Positions 46,201-59,697 are shown, counted from the first letter of the stretch. The stretch: 64,000 bases of DNA from Klebsormidium nitens (GCA_000708835.1 DF237260.1:42260-106259); one strand, 5' to 3'. The notes: generated by a model not told the origin, from the sequence alone. Program-made: numbers and translations.

Positions 46201-49200
46201 GGGGGCTGCATATATTTTGTTCTTAATTTGTTCAAACCTGTTGTTCAAACCTGCGCTGCCCTTCATTCAAGGTCCGATTGCGCTCCTTTCCATGATCCGT
46301 CCGCAAAATCGACGGGTCTTGGTCGAAAGGCCAACTTCAGCAATTTCCGTCCAGACAGTTCGTGCAGTCTGGTTCTTGCTGCTCCCTTGCCCACAACCGG
46401 TCTTCTACGGTCTCCTGCAAAGATTGTTGACACGGTTCTCAACCCGCCTAGTCGCTTGTTTTCCGAATCTGGTCCGATTGTTTCCTGATGCTGGTTTGAT
46501 CGATCTTTGACCCCGAGTTGCATAAGCGGAAGTTCTGATCATTGTTTTCGTCGCAGTTCCCTCGCGCAACAGCCACGTACCGCACGGAGCTGTGCCGCAA
46601 GGTGCTGAATGACGACTGGGTGTCGGTGACGTCGGGTAGCGAGGACTACTCGTTCAAGCACATGCGCAGGAACCAGTACGAGGAGGCGCTCTTCCGCTGC
46701 GAGGACGACAGGTGAGGCGAGCCGTCGGAACGTGACCCATGCAAGCTACGAAGCACTCTACTTTTGTGTCTGGCGTCAGACGGCTGGAGCAAACGAGTAT
46801 CAAGTCTTGACCCAATGGTCAGTGCGCTCGTTGTCCAGAAATTACCAGCTTTTCGCATTCAACAGCTGGACGGCCAACACGAACAAGCTAACGGAATATA
46901 TGAGGTGAAAGCCTCGACAATTGAAGCCTTCGACGTTTTGGTGCGTTCAGTGAGAATGCTCGTTGCATTGTTCTGCCACGTGTCATCTCATGAGTTTGCC
47001 ACGTGCAGATACGAGCTGGACATGTTGCTGGAATCGACTTCGTTCACGGCGCGCAAGGTCAAGGAGCTTGAGGAGCGCTGCGCCAAGGACGGCGAGAAGA
47101 TCACCGTAGACGAGCTCAACCGTGAGCCTTGCCTCTAGTCCCGTCTTTTTGGGCTCCACTCGAAGTGCCTCGCTTGAGCTTTCAAGCGGAACGACAGTCA
47201 CTCAAGATGGCGCTGGAATTGGCGTTTTTCATAGAAATATAACATTTTGACGGCCTGCACGGTTTCGTTCTAGACTGGGTTCAGGAGAGCTCGGTCTCGT
47301 CGCATGAAATGTTGCAGACCTTGCTTCTGAAGACCTTATCTCGGTTTGCAAATCTTCCGGAGGAGCAGTGCTTCCGCCGACTCCACTCTCTGTTTTGTTT
47401 TTCCTTAGCACATCTCCTCTGGTCGCCCTCCCGCAGCTGTGAACCTGCGGTGCGTGGAGCGCATTTATGGCGACCACGGGCTGGACGTGCTGGAGATGCT
47501 ACGGCGCAACCCTGGCGCAGCGCTCCCTGTGCTGTACCAGCGGCTGTGCCAGAAGAAGGAGGAGTGGGCGCGGTGCCGCGAGGACATGAACAAGGTGTGG
47601 CGCGACGTGTACGCCAAGAATTACCACAAGAGCCTGGACCACCGCTCCTTCTACTTCAAGCAGCTCGACAAGCGCAGCCTCAGCTCCAAAGGTGGGCGCG
47701 TTGGACTATCATGCTGTCCTTTTGTCCACACTGTCAATTTCCGGGTTCAAATCTGGCGCAGACATAACTGGACTCAAATACTGCGTGCAAGGGAAGATCT
47801 GTCGTTTTTGTTGTCCAGTCCGTGTCTGGTTGGATGAGGGTCACTCGTTCTGCACATTTTTCACTGCCATTCAGTTCTTAAAGTTGTCTAAGCCGGCTTC
47901 TAAGGATCTGGTGCCCTTTGTGGGAAGACTTCTTTTCAGGTCCGCAACAAAACAGACCTCCGGGCTTTTCAGTTCTCGTCTTCTCTTTGAATGGTCAGCT
48001 CTGAGGTCTGAGTCTTCGAAACGTTCTTCCCGTAATCTGGGCCGACACCTTTCACTGATCATAACCCGCTCGCAACAGGTCTTCTGCTGGAGATCAAGGA
48101 GGCCCACGAGCACAAGCGCCGCGAGGACGAGAGCATCCTCGCGTTCGCTTGCGGTTCCCGCCGCCCGCTCATCCCCGACTACACGTTCGAGCTCCCAGAG
48201 CCCGCGGTCCACAACGACCTGTACAACATCATCAAGTTCGCCGCCGACGAGACGTTGTCCGAGGAGCAGAGCGCCAAGGTCATGGCCTTCTGGACGTCGT
48301 TCATCGAGCCGTTCTTCGGCGTCAACCCGCGGGTGCTCGAGGACAGTCTCGAGGTGGCCGGCAAGGGCAAGGGCGCGACCCTCGCGATCGAGGCCAAGCC
48401 CTCAACCGTTGCCGCCGACGGGAAGACCGTTACCGCGAGGAACGCGGAGAAAGGGGAGAAGGGCCCGACGGAGCCCGAGAAGAAGGCGGGCGTGGCGAGC
48501 GCCAAGCCCGCCGCGCCGATGTCACCCGGAAAGGACCAGATGGCGGAACCAACCCTTGCGGGGCTCGCCGCCGGCGCCACTCATGCCCTCGCGGCAAACG
48601 CCGACGCAGCAGCCGCAAGCGCAGCCGGGGAGGCCCCCGCTCCGGGCCCCGTTCCTGCGACAGCCGCCGCTTCGGACAGCCCCTCAGAGGCGCCCACCGC
48701 CCCCGCAGGGCCTCCACCGAAGCCACAAGTCGACGCTATGGAGGAGGACGAGAAAGTCAAGGGGGGCGTTTCGATTGAGAAGGGAGCTCCGGGGCACGAG
48801 GAGACGAACAGGATTTCGGGGGAGAAAGAAGTAGCGGAGAAGGTGACGGCACCGGCGGAGGGCCCGAGCGCGGACGTGAACGGGGTTGCGGCGGACGGGG
48901 CTCGGAAGGAGGAGCTGGAGGCGACCCCATCGGGAGACGACGAGAGGGCCGACCAGGCAGGGGCAGCAGGTGGGTACCGAAACCATCTTGTTGACTCGGT
49001 TTCTACTTAGGGTCGCATTTGACTTTTTGGTGGCTTGTTCTTTCGGCAGATTTGCGTCGATCGGCTCGATCGTTTCGCTTATCGAATCTTCGAACGGTCG
49101 TCAGATTCTCTCTCCTTTTCAGGTTTTGTATCTGTTCTCAGTAGCGGCAATCGACTTGAGCTGTGCTGCAGTCGGGGCTTGACTCATGTCTGATCAGGAA

Positions 49201-52200
49201 ATGGCTGATCCCGGCGTATGGAATCAGCGCCCTTGTCGTCAGCCTTTCAGATTGCTCGTTCGACAGCCCGACTGCTTGTGGCTGAATCTTGCCCTCACCA
49301 TTGGTTTGTCTTTCTCGAGTTTACTGACCCTTTCTTTGAATCTCGTTAGCGCGATTCTCAACCTTGTAACTTCAACCTTAACTACTCCTCTTGCGCCGAA
49401 TGTGGGTTCAGTCCCTCGTCTAAGCTTCCTCTTTCCATCGTCCTTTTCCATTATACAGACAAAAAAGTAGCTATTCTATCTGACTTGATCTTTTTTTCAT
49501 CGTCCTTTTCTACTCCACACTCAAAGCAGCTACCTCGAAATATCCCAATACATCAGATTGGCTTGATTTTCCTTTTTGTGGATATTAACAAGGCACTGAT
49601 TCTGCCGCAGGTCCCTCCAAGGCACTGGCTAACGGAGACCGTAAGCACCCGGAGGGCGAAGATATGGAGGTGGACGGAGACAACGAGGCGGACGCAGACG
49701 ACGAGGGAGACGATGGGCACGGGTCCGCGGAGGAGAGCGGGGATGACTCGGACGGCCCCGAGGAAGGTACGCCGTTACGGCCTCTTTTTTTCATGTTTCA
49801 TTCTGAGGATTACGTTGAGATCTGTTCTTGAGCGCCAGACTCTCAATGGCAATCTTGGCTTGGTAGCGTCTTCAATGGGTTTGTTGGAGCTTACCAAACA
49901 AGTCTTTGGGCAAGCTTGTGCTGTAACGAGACTGCGCGCGGGGCTCGTATATCTTTCACTGATGATTTTCAAGCCAGCACTTAATCTGTTATCAACTCTA
50001 TTTTCAGGCTGCAACGCTGACGAGAAAACGACGAGCTGGACAACGAGCGACTCTAATGATTTGCTCTGCAAAACCCCTACTCTAGCTTCGCAAGGCATAA
50101 GTATCTCAAAAACCGGGACCTTTTGTCTCAAAAAACCAAGATCCTGTAAACATCAAATTTTAAACAATGAGTATTTGATCGCAGGCCACTTCAGCGATGC
50201 GGAGGAGGACGAGCAGGACGACGAGGACGACGAGGGTGATGACGGCGAGGGCGGCGGCGACGCCGACGATGACGACACGTCCCCTTCCGGTCCAGAGCGC
50301 GCGTTCTCGCAGTGCAAGCCGCTCGCCGCGCGCCAGATCCCGGGTTTCGAGAGCGCGCCCGGGCGGAAGATCTTCTACGGGAACGACACGTTCTACGTGC
50401 TGTTCCGGCTGCACCAGATTCTGTACGAGCGGGTGTCGGCAGCGAAGCACGCGGCGCGGGAGGCGGAGGAGAAGTGGCGGCAGTCCAAGGACTCGCCGCC
50501 GCCGGACTTGTATGCCAAGTACGTCACTGAAACAATGTTTCGGGTTCTGCTGGGGTTTCCTTCTTGGAAGTGGGAGGTCTGTAAGGTGCAGGAACGGACG
50601 GCATTTTTGAGGGGTCAGCGCCGTGGAACCTGCAATGTTGAACTCAGGTGGAGTTGCTGTTTCTGGAATACTCGCGTTAAGACTTGTGTACAACCCGGAG
50701 CCATCTTTCGAAGGTAGCCCGGATCGTAAAAGAATGCGTCAGAGTTGTCTACTTTATCTCGCTTCTCTCTCAACATGATTGCCTAAGCAATGTGGATCTA
50801 TTTCTGGCCTGAGATCTTGGCAGCAGAGGGCTGAATCCTTTCAGCATTTCAGCATAATCTGAAGTTCTGCTATTGGGACTGTAAGCTGGACAAAAATGTA
50901 GCCCCGGCAGGTTCACCGAGTCCCTGTGCATCTTATTGATGCGCCACTTTACTTTCCATTTTTGAGGAACCGCATCCTCTTGCATTCTGTGAAAGTGTTA
51001 TCGTTGCATAAAGGTGCCTTTCCTGACACAATCTGTCTCTTTTGCAGGTTCATGCAGATCCTGTACAGTTTGCTGGACGGTCAGATCGACAACTCGCGCT
51101 TCGAGGACGAGTGCCGCGCGATGCTGGGGACGTCCTCCTACGTCTTGTTCACATTGGACAAGCTCGTCTTCAAGTTTGTCAAACAGGTGAGCAGGGGGCT
51201 GGCTGAGATTCTTTGAGCTGTCAAACCGCTGGTCGTGGTAGCGGGCTCATTTGCACGAACGACTAAGGAACAAACGGGAGCTGACAGGATGTTGTCCGGG
51301 TGAAGGTTCACTTTCAATCCGCAATGGTCGCAGCAATTAGCAGCACCGGGTTTTAAGGATGGGCGAAGAAGTGATTGCGACTGATTGCGGTTGTGCTTTT
51401 GAAACTGCAGCAGAAAGCACCCATTTTGAGGCCTTTGTTTGTGCACCGGCAATACTCATGGAGGGATTGTTGTCGTGGCCGGTTGCAGATCCAGTCTGCC
51501 GCGGTGGATGACGTGTCCAGCAAGATGCTCGCGCTCTTTGCATACGAGAAGTCCAAGCCGACCGGCGGTGTCATCGACCTCGTCTACCACGCCAACTCGG
51601 CGCTCCTGCTGCAAGACGAGACAAGCTACCGCTTCGAATACGTGAGTCTCCCGGTTTGGATTTGCTTGTCGGGCTGATCTGAGGGTGCTACGCAGGGATT
51701 ACTGACTTTAAAAGTCCTTGTTTTGAGGACTGCTACCGCTTGTTATCGTGAGCCTCCCTGCTTGGACCGCTCGTCGTTCCGCTTCGAGGGCGCTAAGCAG
51801 AAACACTGCAAAAGGGAAGCTTACTCTGCTTCGCGGACTGCTATCGTTAGAAGGGCGAACACTGAGTCCGTTGACCTGCAATTACCTCTTCAAATTCAAT
51901 TCGCAACCTGCCGGATATTTCCATTAGTTCATACCGCTAACCCGCCGACTTCTCCAACCTGCCGAATGTGCCATCCCGCCAATTCCGTTACCCCGCTGCC
52001 CCGGATCTACGGCAATCGTCGCACGCTATTGAGAATTCCAACTAAAGATACCAACGAAATACGTGACATGGAAAGAGTCGTCTACGGAAATCGAACCGCT
52101 CTGGTTCCGNNNNNNNNNNNNNNNNNNNNNNNNNNNNNNNNNNNNNNNNNNNNNNNNNNNNNNNNNNNNNNNNNNNNNNNNNNNNNNNNNNNNNNNNNNN

Positions 52201-53971
52201 NNNNNNNNNNNNNNNNNNNNNNNNNNNNNNNNNNNNNNNNNNNNNNNNNNNNNNNNNNNNNNNNNNNNNNNNNNNNNNNNNNNNNNNNNNNNNNNNNNNN
52301 NNNNNNNNNNNNNNNNNNNNNNNNNNNNNNNNNNNNNNNNNNNNNNNNNNNNNNNNNNNNNNNNNNNNNNNNNNNNNNNNNNNNNNNNNNNNNNNNNNNN
52401 NNNNNNNNNNNNNNNNNNNNNNNNNNNNNNNNNNNNNNNNNNNNNNNNNNNNNNNNNNNNNNNNNNNNNNNNNNNNNNNNNNNNNNNNNNNNNNNNNNNN
52501 NNNNNNNNNNNNNNNNNNNNNNNNNNNNNNNNNNNNNNNNNNNNNNNNNNNNNNNNNNNNNNNNNNNNNNNNNNNNNNNNNNNNNNNNNNNNNNNNNNNN
52601 NNNNNNNNNNNNNNNNNNNNNNNNNNNNNNNNNNNNNNNNNNNNNNNNNNNNNNNNNNNNNNNNNNNNNNNNNNNNNNNNNNNNNNNNNNNNNNNNNNNN
52701 NNNNNNNNNNNNNNNNNNNNNNNNNNNGGACACGGCGGGCGGCACGTTCACGATTCAGATGATGGACCTGGGCGCGGAGAAGCTGGAGATGACGGCGGGC
52801 ACCATCGAGCCGATCTTCAACGACTACCTCACCGAGTTCCTGCAGTCCATCCCCGACAACAAGGCCTCGCGCGTTTTCCTCTCGCGGTACGTGTGCGCCG
52901 CACTTTTTGCAACGCCTTGTTTGTTCTGCTCGAATCTCCTCACAAGTGCAACCCTTGTTCCAATCCCTCAATGACCTTTTTAAATATCAGAATTTCAGAG
53001 CTATGGCTTGGTTCAAGTAGCAACCTATCCTTGTCGTGGTCGGCACGAATGTAATTGCGGGAACGGTGAAGCTGAGAGCTATCCGTGTCATTGTCGGCGC
53101 GGATCGAGGTGCGCGAGCGAATGAAGCTGAGAGCTGGCGAATCTTTGCAGTCAGAATTGGAAGGCCGCTAGTGTGTACCGCAAGTTGCGGCTGAAAAATA
53201 CGTCGTCTGGGCCAGCCTGAAATTTACGGAGCCCTCTCAAAAAATAGAAAGGGAGCTCATGAAGAAATCTGGCAAACGGTTGCAAGACAACTTTCTGCGT
53301 CGGTCCGACTTCTCGTGCAGGACGCCCTTGGTTTTATTTCAGCCGTCTAGCTCCAGGGGAGGGGTTCCGCTATTGTCGTCTCCAAGTTCAAAACTTTGGA
53401 GATGAAAATTATCAATCTCACTTTGTTCACGTCCGCTCTTCAGGAATGCACGGCAGTATCTGGCCCTTCCGGAGGAGGTGGCGTTTCTGAGAGCAACCGC
53501 CCACACGCGCATCTACAACGGCCTCGAGTGCAAGATCACGTGTCAAAATTCCAAGGTCAGTTTCGACACTCAGCATTTGAGGTTGTCAGGTTCATTGATT
53601 TGTTGCTTTCTTCCAATCGTTTGGACGATGTTTCAGTTCCAGTTGGGGATTTTGTGCTTGTGTTTGTCTTGCTGCGGCAGTGATGATTGTTGTTGCACGG
53701 TCTACGTCGCTGCTTGAGTGAGTTGGTGATCCTAGTAGCTTGATCGTGGTCAAAATCCACTTTTCTGATTAGTGTCTACTTTTCGTGACAGGTGTCCTAC
53801 GTTCTGGACACGGAGGACTTGTTCCATAGGAAAAAGGGGGCGAAGGCGGGTGCTGGTAAGGCCGCGGGTAAGGCCAAGGCGCGTGTTGAAAAGTTCCAAA
53901 GATGGGTCGAAACAAAGACTGGAGCCGCAGCGCTACCTCCGCCCGAGCCGCAACCGGCGAAGCTTGATTGA
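40271..53971 (+). CDS. SIN3: SIN3-like paired amphipathic helix co-repressor, 20 exons, one of which starts inside the gap
   Basis: Exons 40271-40332, 40554-40706, 40926-41121, 41449-41547, 43295-43477, 44683-44866, 45211-45350, 45626-45701, 45954-46123, 46557-46711, 47009-47121, 47437-47691, 48079-48969, 49611-49766, 50185-50518, 51048-51186, 51489-51641, (gap)-52886, 53444-53555, 53792-53971. PAH1-3, HID ([27 protein letters not shown]), [28 protein letters not shown]. Confidence 0.95.
52110..52727. other. Assembly gap (618 N)
   Basis: Run of N; it hides the acceptor and first bases of a SIN3 exon that resumes at 52728 ([13 protein letters not shown]). Confidence 0.99.
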
Positions 53972-56028
53972 CATGTAAAGGTCTGAAGTTGACGAGGGCC
54001 CCCTTAGGGAGCCGCCGGAGGTTTCTTGAGATGCCGCAAGTGACGTCTCCCCATCCGTACCCCGTACAGTAGGTACCCATTCAAAAAGTAATTCCATTGA
54101 TGTAGGTAAGAGAGAGGCCCGAGCGCGTGTCGGAACGGATGTTCTTATGACTGGACAGTTGCTTTTGCAACGTCGCCGTTCTTCCTGGTCTTGAAGATCG
54201 TCTGCAGGTATTTGAAAGGCGCAGCCTGTTGATTGCACATGTTTTTGCATGCATATAGGATGCTCACGAAGGTCAGGGATGGGGCGATTCAAATCTCATC
54301 AGAGTTGTGGTTGTGCTTCAATCAAGGTTGGAAAGACTGCATGTGCAAATTCCCATGAAGCTTGATGGTTACTGCACGACTTGTTCTACGTAGTCTCTTC
54401 AAAGAAAAAGTAGGCGCGTGATGTACGTGTAGCTGATGAACATTCTCTTTAGATGTGTACTAAAGCTAGCCAGTGACTTGTAACGTGATTGAAATGATGC
54501 AAGTTCATATGCATTTCCTACTTTCGAAAGCTTTTGACATGTGGCCGGGCGCAAGATTTCTCCTTCGGTATCCGGACATCATTCATCATTCAATGATTGC
54601 ATTGAAGCTAAATTAGGCGGCCACCTTGTGCTACAAACTTGCATGTTTCGCATGATGTGTGAATCTTGCCGCCACTGTCTCAAAATGCATCCCTCCGGCC
54701 GTCGGAGCGCTCACATGAGACCCACGGAGATCGCGGCCTGGAAAGACAACGTGCCCGTCCATCATTCTGTGCAAACGTCATCGTATATGCTATGCGACGC
54801 TAAATTATGCCAATCTACTCTGAGCTGTTCACAGTCTTGAAACCAGAGGCGCGACTGTTTTGCCATTCTCACGGTGCAGAAAGCACGAGTGACAGTGGCG
54901 TGAAGATCCACCTTCCGGAGCACTACTCTAGTTGCTCGGATCCAGTCTCGAAAAATAAGAGAGGAGACTTTTTCCAGATTCACGGGGTGCAGAAAGCGCG
55001 AGCAGCACCAGTGGCAATGCGCATTTTCACACCAGACATATGGGCTCACACGCGGCTACACCCCGCGAGCGTGCTCGCGGGCGCGGAGGTGTCCCCAGCG
55101 CTCGGAAGGTGCTCATGCATACGACGCTGCTGGAGACGCATTAGCTTTACGTGACCAACCTGGTGAGAGCGCTTGATCTTGGATAAGACAAAGCGGTGGC
55201 GTGTAGAGCTCTGTCACCGTTTAATGGACGCGCCGTCACGAGTGTCGACCTCAAGATTGCATGTGAGTTACCACGACAGCAGCGATTTCGGGATATTCTG
55301 CGGTTATGTATGCCGAGTGCGCAGCCGCAAATTGTTGCGTGCACGCTCTGAAGAGTACACTTCATTGGCAACCACAAATGCTTTGCACCATCTATTGGTT
55401 ACGGCCGGGCACTGGTGGCTTGAATTATCCGGCCTCGGGCCCGCCCTTCGACAAAGCTGTTAATGTTGCATCATACTTCTTCTTTTGCGGCACTACACGC
55501 GGGCAGAAGACTGTCACGGTATGAACTCACTAGGGATCGACTTGAACAATTTCTACTATGTAATGGATCATGGATGTGGCAAACCGTCATGGTTTCTTTC
55601 TAGACCACTGTCAACTCGCCATTGATCAGATGATTCGACTTTGTAATGTGCGCAGTCAAGCTCGCTTGAAAACCCGTAGATCGCCCACGTCGGAACACTG
55701 TGCATGAGCTACCACAGGCTTTGATGTGACCTGAAATGCATCCACTCTGTAGCGAAGATAGACTACTCTTTTGAATCAACCGTCTTTTCTTGGAAACGGA
55801 ATGGAAGCTTGAACGCAATCTTGGGTTGGATCAACGGCTGCCTACGTTTTTTCGCGTGATTTGATTAAGAGTTACTAGCTGGTCAAAGAACCGACCACTC
55901 GTGTTCGTTTGTGGTCAAACCTTTACCAAAAGCTCGATCCAGTCCAACTCGAACTCTCCAATCACAACGGTTGCAACTCCAAGTACTACCTCCCGCACAG
56001 ACTTGCTCGGGCAAGTGACTGATTCAAG

Positions 56029-57706
56029 CTATGCCTTAGGCTTGAGCGCCTCTAGACGGATCTCACGAATGGCGAAGAACTTGATGTTGTAGCCAAACGT
56101 GAAAAAACCCTGGCCGTTGTCACTCAGGGTGCTCTGACGCGCGACACCTGTCGCGCCCGTGTAAATGCCGGTGCCGCCCACAACTGCCAGGTCGGTCGGC
56201 GTGTTCGCGGAGAGTCCCTATGAGAGGATGCCACGTGTCACTTGCAGGCGAAACGAAACGATAAACCATTCCAGGAAGATAACTCTCAAGAAAGATAATA
56301 ATAAGCCAAGATAATTATTATAAGCTCCGGCTAACACTTATAAAAACCCTAACCTAAAAGATACCTGCTCCGCACCCGTACCCACCCTAACCACCAAGCT
56401 AACCCTATCCGTCCCAGGGCGGTTACCTTATTATTATCTCGGCTTACTATTATCTTTCTTGATCAGCTTCATTCCAGGAACCACCCGGCTAGTGGCCGGT
56501 GCTGCTTTACTCTGAATGAGGGTTCAGAGAATTTGCGTTCAGCCAAAACTCCAGCACTTTGGAGCTGTCGGTTGTCAGCAATCTGACGGTCTTATAACTT
56601 GAAAGTGACGTTCTTTCAAGAGGAAGAGGGCATTCGAACCTCGGGCGATCCAGACCACCCAGCAGGCGCGCATTGAATATCAGTCCACTGAGAACCACGT
56701 CCAAGGATGAGCAAAGCCAATCACGCTGACTTTCGTGTTCAGAAACAGTCTTAGTGAAGTTTCTTTTCAGAATTTCAGCTGACCCGATCAGGCTTACCGT
56801 GACTGTGAAGGAGCCTTCCTTGTGAATGAAGGAGAATTCACACTCTATCTTGTAGCTGCCTGTCACGGGGTCGAGAGACTGTGTGAATGTGCAGATTCCT
56901 TGGACGAATCCGAAGCGCTCTCCGGTGTTAAAGTCCTCCACCCGATCACTGCCAAATGGAAGGAAGCGGAGGGATCAGTAAGTCGCAAACGCTAATCTGA
57001 CACAAGTCGTTGAGCTTTTAAGTACAAGAGTAGATCCGCTCTCCGAGCAGACTCATCAGCACAGTTTTCCTCCTTGCTTGAGCAAGTTCTTCAAACATGA
57101 CACTTTGATACTTGTTGAGTCCATTACCTGATAGAAGGGACTCGGTATACTGGCTTAACCAAGACCCTAAGCACGTCAAATAACGACGCTTTCAAAAATA
57201 AAGCCCACTCAACCACCAAGCCAACCCCCATAGCAAAACATGGATTCATAGCGTGCTCACTTGAACCACACGATGTCTCCAAAGTTGGTGCCGTTGCTTT
57301 GCTGCGTCTCAGGAGTGGCAAACTCCCTGAGCTGCAGTCTGAACTCCTTGTACTCCGGCTTCTTCTCGAAGCCGTCAGCGCGCGCGCTCGAGCGCGCGCT
57401 CGCGCATACGCTCGCGAGCAGATGGGTAGTCAGCGCGAGCATCTGCAATCAGACGGAAGAGTGGGTAAGATACGCAAAAAAGGGAGCTCGAAGGATCTAA
57501 GAGCTAATCCCTGCGACAGAAGTCGTAGAATTGATGGCGGGTTTCACCTTTGCACCAGAAAAGTGTCAAATATTAAAGGTCAAGGATGTCAAGTGCTCAA
57601 GAGCCTATGACCAGGAAAGGAATCCGAAGGACGCAAATAGGAAGCAAACGAGCTGAAGGGAAAGTTACAGGGAGGGACAATCCACCGTAAGACTTTTGAG
57701 CGCCAT
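56029..57706 (-). CDS. Secreted dirigent / allene-oxide-cyclase-fold protein, 4 exons, about 180 aa
   Basis: Exons 57706-57686, 57442-57261, 56948-56798, 56217-56029 (in phase). Signal-peptide-like MALKSLTMLALTTHLLASVCASA, NGT sequon, FGDIVWFND..RFGFVQGIC..IECEFSF..GSFTVTG..LAVVGGTGIYTGATG. Confidence 0.8.
56267..56480. mobile_element. MITE-like element, copy 2, with about 36-bp TIRs and an 11-bp flanking direct repeat
   Basis: TIRs 56286-56324 and 56427-56462 (tcaagaaagataatartaagccragataat). Direct repeat CATTCCAGGAA at 56267-56277 and 56470-56480; internal CCCTAA-like motifs. Confidence 0.8.
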
Positions 57707-59220
57707 GTTGTCAGGCGGATTCGACTTGGTGGCTTTAGGAAATCAGAGAAGAGGACATTCTAAGTGCAGTGCCCGGGTTTCTGCGCTTGCTTCAAAGATT
57801 GCAGTGATTCGAAGTCCCAAGGTTGGCGTTCGAAGAGGTGGCAGAAGTGATCAGAATGATTTTGCTGGTCTCCCTTTTATACCTCTACTTTTGTTGCACC
57901 GCTGGGAAGTGCGCTATGAGGCCTGAACTCAGTTTGATTAATTAAGCAGACTGAGCAGTCTGCGTGTGTGGGCTCTTGTTGGATTCGAGCTTTCTGACAC
58001 GAGAATTCGTCGTACTAGTGTTCATTGGTGCCAGATCTCAGAGCTACTAGATGGATCATAGACCCTGAGCAGACTATATGCATACTATAACGGAATGGCA
58101 GTAGTCGACACTCTCAACCAAAATCCTAAGCCATCGCGTGACTTGTGATCTTTTACTCCTTTACCCGTTCTTATCTCAGTCTTTCTCCTTCAAGTCTATG
58201 CTCTTTGCAAGGTCGCGCTATACAGGTTTGGTATGCTGAAACGACCCAAGCCAAGCGGCCCCTCGTCAGTAACGTATTCAGGACATTTACTATCTTCCAA
58301 TTAGTGCGCTTTCTGTATCAGCAACGACCTAATGAAGCCTCGAACGGACTCGGCCGCCTTTCCAAGCATTGAAGACTCTGTAAGAAAGCTCCCCAACCCT
58401 AGTTCGTTGCTCGAGTACGAGGGGTGTCTCATTCGGCCTGAAGTCTATGATCAACAGATAGCATGTTTAGCGCACTTGGCATCACATTTCCGTCCAATCC
58501 TCGAATCTGACGATCTCTATTAGGGTTCTCCGTTGACCTACACTCCGAGCTGGCGCCCCTGGATTTTCAGTCGCAAAAGAAAATGTGATTTGAAGCTGAA
58601 CCGGTTACGCGACTCCCTCCTTCTGATCATCGATGAATTCGCTTGGTGACCTCGCCGCCGTCGTCCTTGGTATCGGAAGAGACTCTAGAAACGACAAGAC
58701 CAGATTTCTTTTGCGGATAAGCTACCAGTATTTGACTGACGGCTGATCCTCCATTAGAAGCTTTCTCTCGCTGTCATCAATATAAGAGAATGAGTTGATC
58801 TCCAAGTTGGACTACCTAGGTGGTCATTCTTCCAATATGACATGAAATGCGAGGTTTCAGCGGATGGCCTTTTGCGGACCTTGGCAATTCTGCGCGGTTC
58901 TCGCCTGACGCTCTTCACGCTGGCTAAACCTTTCTTGAAATTGTCATTGGGTGAATGTGTGTTCCGACTGATCGTAGACACCAAAACGAATTTAAGACCC
59001 GCTTGATGTGCTTCTTGGGCAGCACAGCATGCGTGGTATATGCGATAAGGCAAGAAAGTCAGAAGGCACAATCTGGATTCTCTCTAACACGAAGCTAGAC
59101 GCTGCTTTGACCGTCCCTCAACTATGGTCCATTTGGCCCTTACATGCGTAACCCGCCGCTCAGCCCGTGCGTGATCCGGTCCTTGCTTGTGCCACATGGT
59201 TGCCGTTGGCCGCGTCAAGA

Positions 59221-59286
59221 CGTGCTTAACCTGGCCCCTGACCGTGCTCAACTTGGCCCCTAATCGTCGTTCGCTAGGCCCTTAAA
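59221..59286 (+). repeat. Three 22-bp degenerate tandem units with a GGCCC core
   Basis: cgtgcttaacctggcccctgac / cgtgctcaacttggcccctaat / cgtcgttcgctaggcccttaaa. Confidence 0.75.
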
Positions 59287-59697
59287 CGTACTTTACCGGA
59301 ATACATTCTGATCACGTCAGATTATGCGCCCGCACATAGTGACAATTGTAACGTATGACTCGGTGCATGATCGATCGATCGATCAATCAATCATATGAGA
59401 GAGCTAGCAGAAGTGGAACACGTCGATAGGACGTAAGGCACTGAGCTTGTACGAGCTAGACCGTCGTATGAAATTGGGCGAAAGTCAAATGATGCATGAG
59501 AAACTTCATGACCATCCTCTGCATCCGCTCTGCTTAGACTTGCATGCGGGCGCCGGAAAAGGTTACGCGCGCCCTTTGCAAAACTCCCGACTCAACTTAT
59601 TGACACAGGCAACATCCAGTCTTCCGTATGGTCCCGCAAAAACTCGTGTTCGACTCCGGTACAAGCATACAATGCAGAATCAAAGTATCGATACCCC

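Noticed and set aside
54904-55176. SRFTGCRKR...W...AHAYDAAG resembling an AP2 domain
   Set aside because: No ATG or convincing splice context, no WLG motif, and spacing is about 8 residues too long; probably chance. An HMM search would settle it.
58100-59100. Short ORFs between the dirigent-like gene and ATAD3 as a transposon relic
   Set aside because: No recognisable domain, terminal repeats or GC3 bias.
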